From positions 7,526-71,525 of the forward strand of contig JBHOSQ010000005.1 in assembly GCA_042584585.1 (NCBI GenBank): a DNA stretch of 64,000 bases, in the 5' to 3' direction. Of the stretch, positions 36,451-45,214 are shown in pieces. The position numbers and the translations under genes were made by a program. The notes under the pieces are model-generated. The model was not told the origin of the DNA. It saw only the letters and a program-made list of their open reading frames with translations, and did no database searches. Position 1 is the stretch's first letter, and every line of letters starts with the position of its first letter. Source of the stretch: an archaeon. Its GTDB lineage: Archaea; B1Sed10-29; WALL01.

Positions 36451-37272
36451 TTGTGGATTTACATGGAGCTTGAACATCTAAAGCAAGAACGGGACAAGCT
36501 TAACACCGAGACCCAGAAGCTGCGCAGCGAGTCCCAAGAAACGACTGGCCGCGTGAAGCGCCTACGGGTCTCGCTGAAAGACGCCAAGTCCAAGCGCGAC
36601 CAGGAAAACAAGCTCGTCAAGGAATTCAAGGACAAGCGCGACGAAGTCAACAAAAAAATCAAGTCCCGCATCTCAGAGCTCAACAAATTCCAGGAAGACC
36701 TGGCCAAGCTCAAGACCACTTCCGGCCCGATGCACCAGACCCGCAAGGAACTGGAGCGCCTGGAGTGGAAGGTCCAGACCGAAGTCCTCAACGTCAAGCA
36801 AGAAGAAAAACTTGCGAAGCGCATCGCAGAACTCGAGGAAGCGTGCGCGGCGAGCGACGAGTTCAACGAAAAAAGGAAGAAGCTGCGCAAAATCACTGGC
36901 GAGCTCGACGAGCTCCGCAAGGAAGCGCAGGCGTATCACGAAGTAATGCTCCAACACGCTCGGGACTCCGAGCACTACCACGAAGAAGTCAAGAAAGCGT
37001 ACGACCAAATCAAGAAAATCGAGCCCGAATTCAAGGAAGCCCAGCAAAAAGTCTCGCAGGCAAAGCGAGAGGCCGACGAGGCGCACAAGACCTACGTCGA
37101 AAAATACAAGAAGACCAAGGGCGCCGCAAGGGTCGAGCAGGATAAGGTCGTGAAGAAAAAGGTCAGGGCCATGAAGGCCGAGGCCGACGACTTGATGAAG
37201 GCATTCAAGACAGGCAAGAAGCTCACGACCGAAGAGATCATGATTATCCAGGGGTACGGTGGCAAGGAATGA
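36451..37272 (+). CDS. archaeal coiled-coil protein (COG1340-like)
   Basis: K/E-rich heptad-repeat sequence throughout. TATA (AGCTATAAAAGG) upstream. Confidence 0.5.
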   Translation: MWIYMELEHLKQERDKLNTETQKLRSESQETTGRVKRLRVSLKDAKSKRDQENKLVKEFKDKRDEVNKKIKSRISELNKFQEDLAKLKTTSGPMHQTRKELERLEWKVQTEVLNVKQEEKLAKRIAELEEACAASDEFNEKRKKLRKITGELDELRKEAQAYHEVMLQHARDSEHYHEEVKKAYDQIKKIEPEFKEAQQKVSQAKREADEAHKTYVEKYKKTKGAARVEQDKVVKKKVRAMKAEADDLMKAFKTGKKLTTEEIMIIQGYGGKE

Positions 37273-37490
37273 ACACCTACCTCACCTTGTGGTACAGCAG
37301 CGAGGGCGACAGCCCCGTCGAGGTCGCGAAGAAGCTGGGCTCCCTTGGCTTCGTGCACCAGCAGGGCAACTATGACTTCTCTTACGCATGGGACGCCAAC
37401 CCGGAGGTGGACGACCTACTGCGCCTCGGAAACACCGTCCAGACAAAGCTCAACGGCTCGAAAGCCGTCTTCAAGATGGAAACCGTATAG
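37269..37490 (+). CDS. small hypothetical protein (73 aa)
   Basis: ATGA overlap with the coiled-coil gene suggests it is co-translated. Confidence 0.3.
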   Translation: MNTYLTLWYSSEGDSPVEVAKKLGSLGFVHQQGNYDFSYAWDANPEVDDLLRLGNTVQTKLNGSKAVFKMETV

Positions 37491-38031
37491 TTCCCTTGAT
37501 TTTTTCAAGAAGCAACTCAAATTCAGTGTAGCCCGCGGCCGCATTAAAATGGCCCGCGTTTTTTACGACAACCAACTCGCCGCCCACGTGCTCCGCCAAC
37601 TCCTCGGCCTTTTCCATTGCCACGTACGGGTCGTTGTCCGAGTGGAAGAGAAAGAACTTTTTGCAGTGCGCCTTGATTTTGTCCCAGTCAAACTCTCTCT
37701 GGGAAATTGTTTTCATATTATCGTCATATTCGTGGCCAATCGTCCCCGTAAACCCTGCCACAAAAAACGCGGACCCAACAGTATTCTGCTCAATCACGCT
37801 TAAGGCAAAAGGCGTGCCCAGGCTATGGCAAACAAAAACAGTCTCCTCGTTTATGAGCTCTTTGTGCTCGTCCAAAACCCTTGACCAATTCTCCAGTGTC
37901 TGGCCCTCAAGAGTGGGGAACCGTGGCACGACCACGTTGCACCCCAGCTTTTCCAGTTCTTGCCTCAGCCAATCAAACCAATTCTCTTGGGGGTGCCCCA
38001 GCACCCCATGAAAAATGAAAACAGTTACCAC
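37471..38031 (-). CDS. alpha/beta hydrolase (YdeN/RBBP9-like serine hydrolase)
   Basis: Nucleophile elbow CHSLG, 186 aa, with an FHSDNDPYV acid motif. Confidence 0.6.
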   Translation of the reverse strand: MVTVFIFHGVLGHPQENWFDWLRQELEKLGCNVVVPRFPTLEGQTLENWSRVLDEHKELINEETVFVCHSLGTPFALSVIEQNTVGSAFFVAGFTGTIGHEYDDNMKTISQREFDWDKIKAHCKKFFLFHSDNDPYVAMEKAEELAEHVGGELVVVKNAGHFNAAAGYTEFELLLEKIKGTIRFPS

Positions 38032-38032
38032 G

Positions 38033-38644
38033 TCAAACCAGTTCCTTCATCTCTATCGCCGCTTCCCTCGACTCGGCCACCAGCGTGTACCTCTCCGGCA
38101 GGGCCGCGGCCAGCTTTTCCAAGTCAATCGACATATCAAAGTGAATGTACGGATTCTTTAGGCTCCCAAGCACGCCGAAGTCCATCTCTCCCTCCCTCTC
38201 AATCACGGCTGGCACGTTAATCACGGGCACCACCCCAATCTCCGCAATTTTCAGCACTTCTTTCAGCGACCCGAACTGTGCCCGTCGGGGCTGCGTCTCT
38301 ATGCCAAGCGGAACACTAAGCTTCTTCATTACCTCGCGGCAGTTCTTGGCCAGCACTTCCATGGCTTCTTCCGGCTCCCGCTTCGAGTAAAATCCCGCCC
38401 GCGTCACGACTATGTCCGCGTTCAATTTCCGTGCGACCTCGCCAGCCTCAACAATCCGGTTAATCGCGTCGTCGACCTTCTGCAGCTTCGGGCTGGTCAG
38501 GCTGACGTAGTATGGTGCGTGTATGCCGAACCTCGGGCCGCTGTACTTCCAATCCAGGTTATAGCTAACGCTTTTTTCGAACTGGATTTCGACGAATTCC
38601 CATTCCGACCTGTAGTCCTCCGGCCTTAGGCACACCCCTAACAT
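38033..38644 (-). CDS. short xylose-isomerase-like TIM-barrel / AP endonuclease family 2-like protein
   Basis: GIHAPYYVSL resembles the Nfo HAPYLINL motif, but the protein is only 203 aa. Confidence 0.35.
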   Translation of the reverse strand: MLGVCLRPEDYRSEWEFVEIQFEKSVSYNLDWKYSGPRFGIHAPYYVSLTSPKLQKVDDAINRIVEAGEVARKLNADIVVTRAGFYSKREPEEAMEVLAKNCREVMKKLSVPLGIETQPRRAQFGSLKEVLKIAEIGVVPVINVPAVIEREGEMDFGVLGSLKNPYIHFDMSIDLEKLAAALPERYTLVAESREAAIEMKELV

Positions 38645-38685
38645 CAGTTATCCTATCGGAGGAAAAGTTTATAAGCTGCGGGGGA

Positions 38686-38979
38686 GTGTATTGCGCTATG
38701 CAGGACGATGAGCTGGCTTTGAAGCTTGTGGAGCTTTACGTCGTAGAAGTGTCAAAAGGGCATGAAAAACGGCAGATGGGGTTAGACACTTTGCTGAACG
38801 CTTATTTCTATGCATTGCTCCGCATCACGCGCAAGAACAAGGAGACCGCGGCACTCCACAAGGCGGTCGAGCGCGAAGAAGAAGTGCTCGAGGAAGAGTA
38901 CAAGCCCGAGGTCCCGACCGAAGGCGGAAAAGAGCCCTACAAGGAAAAAGAGGGAAGCGAAGACTTCAAGTTCGACTAG
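38686..38979 (+). CDS. small acidic hypothetical protein
   Basis: ORF with a Glu-rich C-terminus; weak support. Confidence 0.25.
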   Translation: MYCAMQDDELALKLVELYVVEVSKGHEKRQMGLDTLLNAYFYALLRITRKNKETAALHKAVEREEEVLEEEYKPEVPTEGGKEPYKEKEGSEDFKFD

Positions 38980-39002
38980 CTCCCACACCCTGGGGCGATA
39001 AA

Positions 39003-39902
39003 TTGAAAGTTTGTGTTTTCGGCGCAGGCGCCATCGGCAGCTTATTCGCAGCACTCCTTTCCAAACAAAATGATGTTTTCGTCGTCTGCCGCGAGGCACA
39101 CGCCAACGCAATAAACTCCAGCGGCCTAGCCGTAAGCGGCATCGAAGAATTCAATTCAAAAATTCCCGCATACACCACCGCGCCCAACCAACAAGTTGAC
39201 TTGCTCGTGATGGCCACGAAGTCTTACGACACCGAAGCCGCAATCAAGCAAGCCACCCCACTCATCTCCAGCAACACCCATGCCCTTTCATTGCAAAACG
39301 GCTACGGCAACCCCGAGCTCATCCACAAACAATTCCCCGGCACCTCCGTTGTCACCGGAGTAACAACCTACGCGGCGCAGCTCCGGGAGCCCGGAAAAGT
39401 GGAATGGACCGGGAAAGGCCAAACCCTGCTCGGGCCCCCAAGCGCCTTCACGCAAGAGCTCGCGGAAAACCTTGTGTCATGCGGCATAAGCGCCGAAGTC
39501 TCCGAGGACATTGAAAAAGAGGCCTGGAAAAAGCTTGTCATCAACGCAGCGATAAACCCAGCCGGGGCAATCTTCGGCCTAACAAACGGAGAATTACTCG
39601 GCTCCTCCGAAGCAATGAAACTAATGCAAGGGATTGTTGGCGAGGCAGAACAAGTCCTGAAACTAAACAATACCCCCGTCCTGAATTCTTTCCAGCGAGT
39701 GAAAGAAGTCGCATTACAAACCCGTGCCAACCGCAACTCAATGCTCCGCGACCTGGACCGCGGCAAGCAAACAGAAGTGGACTACATCAACGGAGTGATT
39801 TGCGGGCTCGGGAAAAAGCTTGGCGTGCCCACGCCCCTGAACGAGTTCGCAGTAAAAAAAATCAAGGAGCTGGAAGCATCTTCTTCTGCCCGTGCCACGT
39901 GA
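39003..39902 (+). CDS. panE: 2-dehydropantoate 2-reductase (ketopantoate reductase)
   Basis: MKVCVFGAGAIGS Rossmann N-terminus with an ApbA/PanE-like C-terminal domain. Confidence 0.7.
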   Translation: MKVCVFGAGAIGSLFAALLSKQNDVFVVCREAHANAINSSGLAVSGIEEFNSKIPAYTTAPNQQVDLLVMATKSYDTEAAIKQATPLISSNTHALSLQNGYGNPELIHKQFPGTSVVTGVTTYAAQLREPGKVEWTGKGQTLLGPPSAFTQELAENLVSCGISAEVSEDIEKEAWKKLVINAAINPAGAIFGLTNGELLGSSEAMKLMQGIVGEAEQVLKLNNTPVLNSFQRVKEVALQTRANRNSMLRDLDRGKQTEVDYINGVICGLGKKLGVPTPLNEFAVKKIKELEASSSARAT

Positions 39903-40696
39903 CCGCAGCCTTCAAGGTTGTCAAGGCCGAAAGCGCCCTTGCCACCGGCTCGCTCGGCTACGGCTTTTGCCTTGACAAAGGCGTCACGACTTCCGCCGAA
40001 AAAGGCGCACTGAAAACCATTGTCAACGGCAAGGAGTGCGACGCGGGCGTCACGAAACGCGTGTGCGAATTGCTTGGGGTCGAGGCAGTAATCCGCCAGA
40101 CCGCAGACTTGCCGAGCGGAAGCGGATTCGGGGTCAGCGCCGCAGCCGCGTTTTCCACTGCCCTTGAGCTGAACGAGCTTTTTGGCTTGGGGCTGTCAAC
40201 CGAAAAATGCGGCCAAACCGCCCACACGGCTGAAGTAGAATTGCTCGCGGGGTTGGGCGATGTTATCGCCGCTTTCCACGGCGGGTTTGACCTCAGGGAA
40301 AAGCCTGGCGCCCCTGGAATCGGCGTGGTCAAAACACAGGACATCGCTGCCGACAATGTAGTGGTCGGGACAGCCGGCAGAATCGCGACCAAAACCGTGT
40401 TGGGCAGTGACTTGGAGAGGCTAAACGAGTTCGCGGACAGGCACATCACCGGCTTCAGGCCAACCACCGAGTACTTGTGCGACTCTTCACTTGAATTTGC
40501 CCACGAAATCGGGATTGTCGACAAAGAGCTTCAGGCAAAAATCGATTCCATAACCGGCACCGGCGTCAAGGTCGGCGTGGCCATGCTTGGGAAAACACTT
40601 TTTTCTTTTGATGACGCGGAAGCTGCGTTCAAAAAGAGCTTAAGCAACGTCACGTCTTGCGGAATAAACCGTGGCGGCCCAAAGAATTATTCGTAG
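39899..40696 (+). CDS. GHMP-kinase family protein, probable archaeal pantoate kinase
   Basis: GHMP motif PSGSGFGVSAAAA. GTG start at 39899 in a GTGA overlap with panE. Sits in a panB/panE neighbourhood. Confidence 0.6.
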   Translation: MTAAFKVVKAESALATGSLGYGFCLDKGVTTSAEKGALKTIVNGKECDAGVTKRVCELLGVEAVIRQTADLPSGSGFGVSAAAAFSTALELNELFGLGLSTEKCGQTAHTAEVELLAGLGDVIAAFHGGFDLREKPGAPGIGVVKTQDIAADNVVVGTAGRIATKTVLGSDLERLNEFADRHITGFRPTTEYLCDSSLEFAHEIGIVDKELQAKIDSITGTGVKVGVAMLGKTLFSFDDAEAAFKKSLSNVTSCGINRGGPKNYS

Positions 40697-41454
40697 CTGT
40701 GTTCCAGGTCGGGGTAACTTCCTTTTTTCACTTCGTTGTTGTATTCCTGGAAGGCTTTTTTCATTTCTTCGCGAATGTTGGCGTACTTTTTCACGAACTT
40801 GGGCTCGAAGTCGTTAAAAATCCCGAGCATGTCGTGCGAGACCATTACTTGGCCGTCGCAGTGGGGCCCGGCACCAATCCCGATGGTCGGTATCTTGAGT
40901 GATTCAGTGATTGTCTTGGCGAGCGCGACTGGAATGCATTCCAGCACGATTGAGTAACAGCCGCTTTTTTCCAGGGACAGTGCGCCGTCAACTATTTTTT
41001 TTGCCGACTCTTCGTCCCGTCCCTGCACCCTGAACTTGGTTATTGTTTGTGGCGTCAGGCCAACGTGCCCCATGACCTGAATGTCTTCGGCGATAAGCGC
41101 TTCAACGACGTCGGGGAGGTCGCCCTCGACTTTCACGGACTGTGCCCCCGCTTCCACCAAAAGCCTGGCGTTTTTCACGGCTTCGCTGGGCGTGTCGAAG
41201 CTCTTGTACGGCATGTCCCCAATCACGTGCGCGTTTTTTGCGCCGCGGGCCACTGGCCTCACGTGCTCCAGCATGTCGTGCATCGTCACTGCCTGTGTGT
41301 TCGTGTACCCAAGCATGACCATTCCCAGAGAGTCGCCAACCAGAATCGCGTCAATCCCCGCCTCGTCCATTATACTGGCCGAAGGCATGTCGTAGGCAGT
41401 GAGGACACTAATCTTTTCCCCACGCTCCTTCATCTCCAGAAACCGCTTGACCAT
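40687..41454 (-). CDS. panB: 3-methyl-2-oxobutanoate hydroxymethyltransferase
   Basis: ...EKISVLTAYDMPSASIMDEAGIDAILVGDSLGMVMLGY... Probable start at the internal MVKRF; the ORF-track N-terminus is an over-extension. Confidence 0.8.
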   Translation of the reverse strand: MVKRFLEMKERGEKISVLTAYDMPSASIMDEAGIDAILVGDSLGMVMLGYTNTQAVTMHDMLEHVRPVARGAKNAHVIGDMPYKSFDTPSEAVKNARLLVEAGAQSVKVEGDLPDVVEALIAEDIQVMGHVGLTPQTITKFRVQGRDEESAKKIVDGALSLEKSGCYSIVLECIPVALAKTITESLKIPTIGIGAGPHCDGQVMVSHDMLGIFNDFEPKFVKKYANIREEMKKAFQEYNNEVKKGSYPDLEHSYE

Positions 41455-41559
41455 GAGACTGGTGTTGTGCCCCCGCCCAAATAAAACCATTCCCCCTGCA
41501 ATTGACGATGATTGGGCTCGACCAGTGGCTTTATGAATCATCCTCGCCATAATTAGCTT

Positions 41560-42054
41560 ATGCCCAGCGGCAAACCCGACCAAATCAACGTGCGCTTCGT
41601 CTTGGTAAACCAAGACAATATTGGCGAGTGGGAAGAAGCAATCAAGGAAGTGCGCGTCCACAAGGTGAAATTCAGGGAGCTAATCCACTCCATCAAAGAC
41701 GGGTCTGCCACAACCGTCCTTGGCCTGCTGGAGGGAACGAAAGAGCCCATCGCGGAATACAGCTCGTTTTTTTATCCCGGCGGCGACATCAAGACCGGCT
41801 ACCTCCGCGTCAGAGAAAAATACAGGGGGTACGACCTCGGTTACCACTTGATTGACGTGCGGGACAAGCACTTTCACCCCGATGCCGACAAAACCGTTAT
41901 GGTCTCGCGCCCCAAGGAAAGCTTGGTGCCCGGCATAATGGAGCGGCACGACTACAAGCCAATCCCACAAGGCAACTGGCTAAAGCTTGGCACCGACAAA
42001 GCACCCAGCACAAAGCCGGTCGTGCGCACGCTCAAAAGAAAAGAGTTTGCCTAG
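41560..42054 (+). CDS. hypothetical protein (164 aa), divergent from panB
   Basis: No motif recognised. Conserved-looking ...YPGGDIKTGYLRVRE...HLIDVRDKHFHPDADK... Confidence 0.35.
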   Translation: MPSGKPDQINVRFVLVNQDNIGEWEEAIKEVRVHKVKFRELIHSIKDGSATTVLGLLEGTKEPIAEYSSFFYPGGDIKTGYLRVREKYRGYDLGYHLIDVRDKHFHPDADKTVMVSRPKESLVPGIMERHDYKPIPQGNWLKLGTDKAPSTKPVVRTLKRKEFA

Positions 42055-43199
42055 ACCAAAATCCTAATCACGTCGCCGTCCTTCAGCTCGTAGTCCTTGC
42101 CAACGCGCTTTTTCGTCCTGGCGTCGACAGCCCCAATAAACTTCTCCCCAATGTCAGTGTGAACCTTGTACGCCAAGTCCAGCGCCGTCGAGCCCTTCGG
42201 CACCAGGTACGCGTCCGGCAGCACGCGCCCCTTCTTGTCCGTCAGCTTGTTCTCGTCCTCCACGGGATAAACCACGATTAAGTCAAGCAACTTGTACGCC
42301 GCCTCATCAATCGCCTGCTGCACCCCGGTGTTCCCGAACTTCGCGAGCAAAGACTTGATGAAATCAAGCGCCTTCCCCTGCTTCTCCGGGACCTCACTCC
42401 CAACCTCAAAACCATTGTCACCCGGCGAATACGCAACCAGCCCGTGCTCACTCGCCCTCCGCAGCGCCAATTCCGCCTCCGCGCAACAAGCCACCGGGCT
42501 GGGGGACGCCGACTCCGTCGACGTCAACTCGCGCAACTTTTTAATGTTCTCTTCGGACTCCGGAAGGTCCATCTTGTTCGCCGCGACAAGAATCGGCTTC
42601 CGCACCCGCTTCACGAGTTCCAGCAAATCACTTTCGCTCGCAGTGTTATCAATACCCAACTCCTTGACGGCCTTCTTCACCTCGTCTTCCCGCACCTTCA
42701 GCCCCGTAAGCGGTTGCTGGATTGCCTGCCACGGCTTCACGGTTTTCATCTCAATCTTCCGCTTCAGCGCGTCCCACTTGTCCATGAGTATTCCGAGCAT
42801 CCATTGCTCAATTTCTTCTTCCAAAAACGCGACGTCCGCAACCGGGTCGCCACTGCCCTGGTTCCCCTCCGCGTCGCTGCGCCCGCTCGCGTCAACAACG
42901 TGGATTAATGCATCAGCGTCAGCCAGATCGGCCAAGAACTGGTTGCCCATTCCCTTGCCCTCGTGGGCTCCAGGCACAAGCCCGGCCACGTCCACCATGG
43001 CAATCGGCACCAACCGCTTGCCGTCGCAGTGCTTTACCCCCAAGTCCACACACGGGCACTTCGCCCGCACGACCGCGGTCCCGCGGTTAGGCTTAATCGT
43101 CGTAAACGGATAAGCGGCCATCTCCGCCTCTGTCAGGCACGCAGCGTTCAAAAACGTGGTTTTGCCTGAAGAAGGTTTGCCCACAACACCGATTTTCAT
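42051..43199 (-). CDS. Obg-family GTPase (YchF/Ygr210-like) with C-terminal TGS domain
   Basis: G1 GKPSSGKTT, G2 YPFTTIKPNRG, DxxG, and a C-terminal TGS-like ...LKDGDVIRILV. Confidence 0.65.
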   Translation of the reverse strand: MKIGVVGKPSSGKTTFLNAACLTEAEMAAYPFTTIKPNRGTAVVRAKCPCVDLGVKHCDGKRLVPIAMVDVAGLVPGAHEGKGMGNQFLADLADADALIHVVDASGRSDAEGNQGSGDPVADVAFLEEEIEQWMLGILMDKWDALKRKIEMKTVKPWQAIQQPLTGLKVREDEVKKAVKELGIDNTASESDLLELVKRVRKPILVAANKMDLPESEENIKKLRELTSTESASPSPVACCAEAELALRRASEHGLVAYSPGDNGFEVGSEVPEKQGKALDFIKSLLAKFGNTGVQQAIDEAAYKLLDLIVVYPVEDENKLTDKKGRVLPDAYLVPKGSTALDLAYKVHTDIGEKFIGAVDARTKKRVGKDYELKDGDVIRILV

Positions 43200-43220
43200 G
43201 CGGTTTTATTCTGCAGCTGA

Positions 43221-44465
43221 ATGTTTTTAAACATGGCTATGCAGTATCTACGCATGGCCTGGGCAGAAGAGTTCGCCCCATCCACACTGTCGGAAGTCGC
43301 CGGCAACCCCAGCGCAGTCGAAGACATCGAGCACTGGGCCAAGCACCCAAAAGGCGCCTTATTGCTCGTCGGCCCGCCGGGCTGCGGAAAAACATCTGCG
43401 GCATTGGCCCTTGCCAACGACAAAACATGGGACGTGCTTGAGCTAAACGCGAGCGACCTGCGCAGCAAAAAAAACCTGGAGCGCGTCGCCGGCCTTGCTG
43501 CCGTGTCCACCACTTTTTCCGGAAACCAGCGAATGATTCTATTCGACGAAATCGACGGTCTGTTCCGAGCCGACTACGGCGGCGCGGGCGCGGTGCTAAA
43601 CATCATCCGCAACGCCGAGTGCCCCATTGTCTTGACGGCGAACGACCAGTACGCCAAAAACATTTCTTCCATCCGCAAGGCATGCACGACCGTAAAATTC
43701 AAAAAAGTCCACTACGCCACAATCAAGCACACACTCGAAAGAATTTCCAAGGAAAAGAAAATCGACTGCGACGCCGCTGCCCTGGAAACCATCGCGAAGG
43801 CAAACCACGGCGACCTGAAGGCAGCAATCAACGACCTTCAGGCATTGACCATCGGCAAGAAAAAGCTCCACGAGGGCGACGTGCTTTTGCCAGAGAGAGA
43901 CCGCGAGGGCAGCATCTTCAACGCAATGCTCACGGTCTTCAAAACTACACACTACGAAAAAGCCAAGGCGGCTTTTGACTCGGTCCAGGAGGACCCGGAC
44001 CTGTTCATGAAGTGGGTGGACGAAAACATTCCCCGGGAGTACAGAAAGCCCGAGGACCTTGCCGCGGCGTTCCAGGCATTGTCCCGCGCCGACTTCTACA
44101 ACGGCGCCATATATCGCCGCCAGAACTGGTCCCTCATGAAGTTCCAGATAGCCATGATGACCGCTGGAGTGGCAATGGCCAAGAAAGAAAAGTACCACGG
44201 CTTCACGGCTTACCAGTATCCGTCGTTCATCCGCAAGCTCTTCGCCACGAAGGCAAAGCGCGACGCCCGGAAAAGCGCGGCAAAGAAGATTGGCAGCGAA
44301 ATCCACGCAAGCCCCCACGAGGTCATAGTGGACCACTGGCCTTACTTGCGCCTCCTCGCGAAGGAGGACCCGGTGGGCTACGCGCACACGTTTGACCTCA
44401 ACGAAAAAGAGCTGGAGTCCCTCGGCGTGACTGCCGCAAAGGCAAAAAAGGCGTTAGCTTTATAA
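43221..44465 (+). CDS. rfcL: replication factor C large subunit
   Basis: Walker A GPPGCGKTS, ...LELNASD..., and a C-terminal basic tail. Confidence 0.8.
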   Translation: MFLNMAMQYLRMAWAEEFAPSTLSEVAGNPSAVEDIEHWAKHPKGALLLVGPPGCGKTSAALALANDKTWDVLELNASDLRSKKNLERVAGLAAVSTTFSGNQRMILFDEIDGLFRADYGGAGAVLNIIRNAECPIVLTANDQYAKNISSIRKACTTVKFKKVHYATIKHTLERISKEKKIDCDAAALETIAKANHGDLKAAINDLQALTIGKKKLHEGDVLLPERDREGSIFNAMLTVFKTTHYEKAKAAFDSVQEDPDLFMKWVDENIPREYRKPEDLAAAFQALSRADFYNGAIYRRQNWSLMKFQIAMMTAGVAMAKKEKYHGFTAYQYPSFIRKLFATKAKRDARKSAAKKIGSEIHASPHEVIVDHWPYLRLLAKEDPVGYAHTFDLNEKELESLGVTAAKAKKALAL

Positions 44466-44491
44466 GCCGCCCTTGTTTTTAGTGGGTTGAG

Positions 44492-45214
44492 GTGAACTCA
44501 TATATGGTATTAGACCTCTCTATCCTTGCTTTGCAAGGTATGTTATTGAATATAGTTATAAGTTTGGTTATTGGCCTTGCACTGCTAGTCGTCGGTTACG
44601 GCGTCGCAGTGGTGCTAGAAACGATCCTGAAGCGCGCTTTTGAGCGCTCCAAGATAGAAGAAAAGCTGAAGCAACACGGTATGAGCGGCGCGCTCATGGG
44701 CTTCTCGCTCAGCGGCATCATCACTGGACTAATCAAGTGGATTGTGTTCCTGTGGTTCATGGTGTCCGCAATCAGCGTTATTGAAAACGCGTTCCTTGTG
44801 TTCAAGGAAGGAGCGGCATCGCCTGTGCTTACGAACTTCCTCGTGTCGTTCGTGAACTTCTTGCCCGCGCTCCTGCAGGGAATCGTCATCTTGATTGTCG
44901 GTTTCTTGGTGGCTGACTACTTGGCCTCCGCAATCAGGACCGGCATGAAGACCCAGGCAAACGTCGTCGCGGCAGCCGTGAAAGTTATCGTGATTTACTT
45001 CACGGTGACCATTGCCCTTAGCAACCCCGCCTACGGAATCAACGTCGGCATCATCACGGAAATCTTTAACTTCCTAGTGATGGCGGTCTCGATTGGCATC
45101 GGCGGCGGAATTGCTATAGCGATGGGCCTCGGCTTAAAAGACTCTGTCTCAAGAATCGCAAAGAAACACGAGAACAGTACCGAACGCGCTTTGCTCGGAA
45201 CCATCAAGAAATAA
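44492..45214 (+). CDS. hypothetical membrane protein with repeated conserved-TM-helix (MscS N-terminal-like) segments
   Basis: Four or five TM helices with internal repeats. Confidence 0.35.
   Translation: MNSYMVLDLSILALQGMLLNIVISLVIGLALLVVGYGVAVVLETILKRAFERSKIEEKLKQHGMSGALMGFSLSGIITGLIKWIVFLWFMVSAISVIENAFLVFKEGAASPVLTNFLVSFVNFLPALLQGIVILIVGFLVADYLASAIRTGMKTQANVVAAAVKVIVIYFTVTIALSNPAYGINVGIITEIFNFLVMAVSIGIGGGIAIAMGLGLKDSVSRIAKKHENSTERALLGTIKK

Noticed and set aside
36451-37272. K/E-rich protein as a structural-maintenance or SMC-like gene.
   Set aside because: It is only 273 aa of uninterrupted coiled coil with no ATPase head. It fits the small archaeal coiled-coil family better.
41560-42054. 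Assignment of the 164-aa ORF as GTP-dependent dephospho-CoA kinase (DUF359) or phosphopantothenate synthetase.
   Set aside because: The size is roughly right for DUF359, but I could not recognise any nucleotide-binding or family motif from the sequence, and PPS is ~250 aa. Left as hypothetical.
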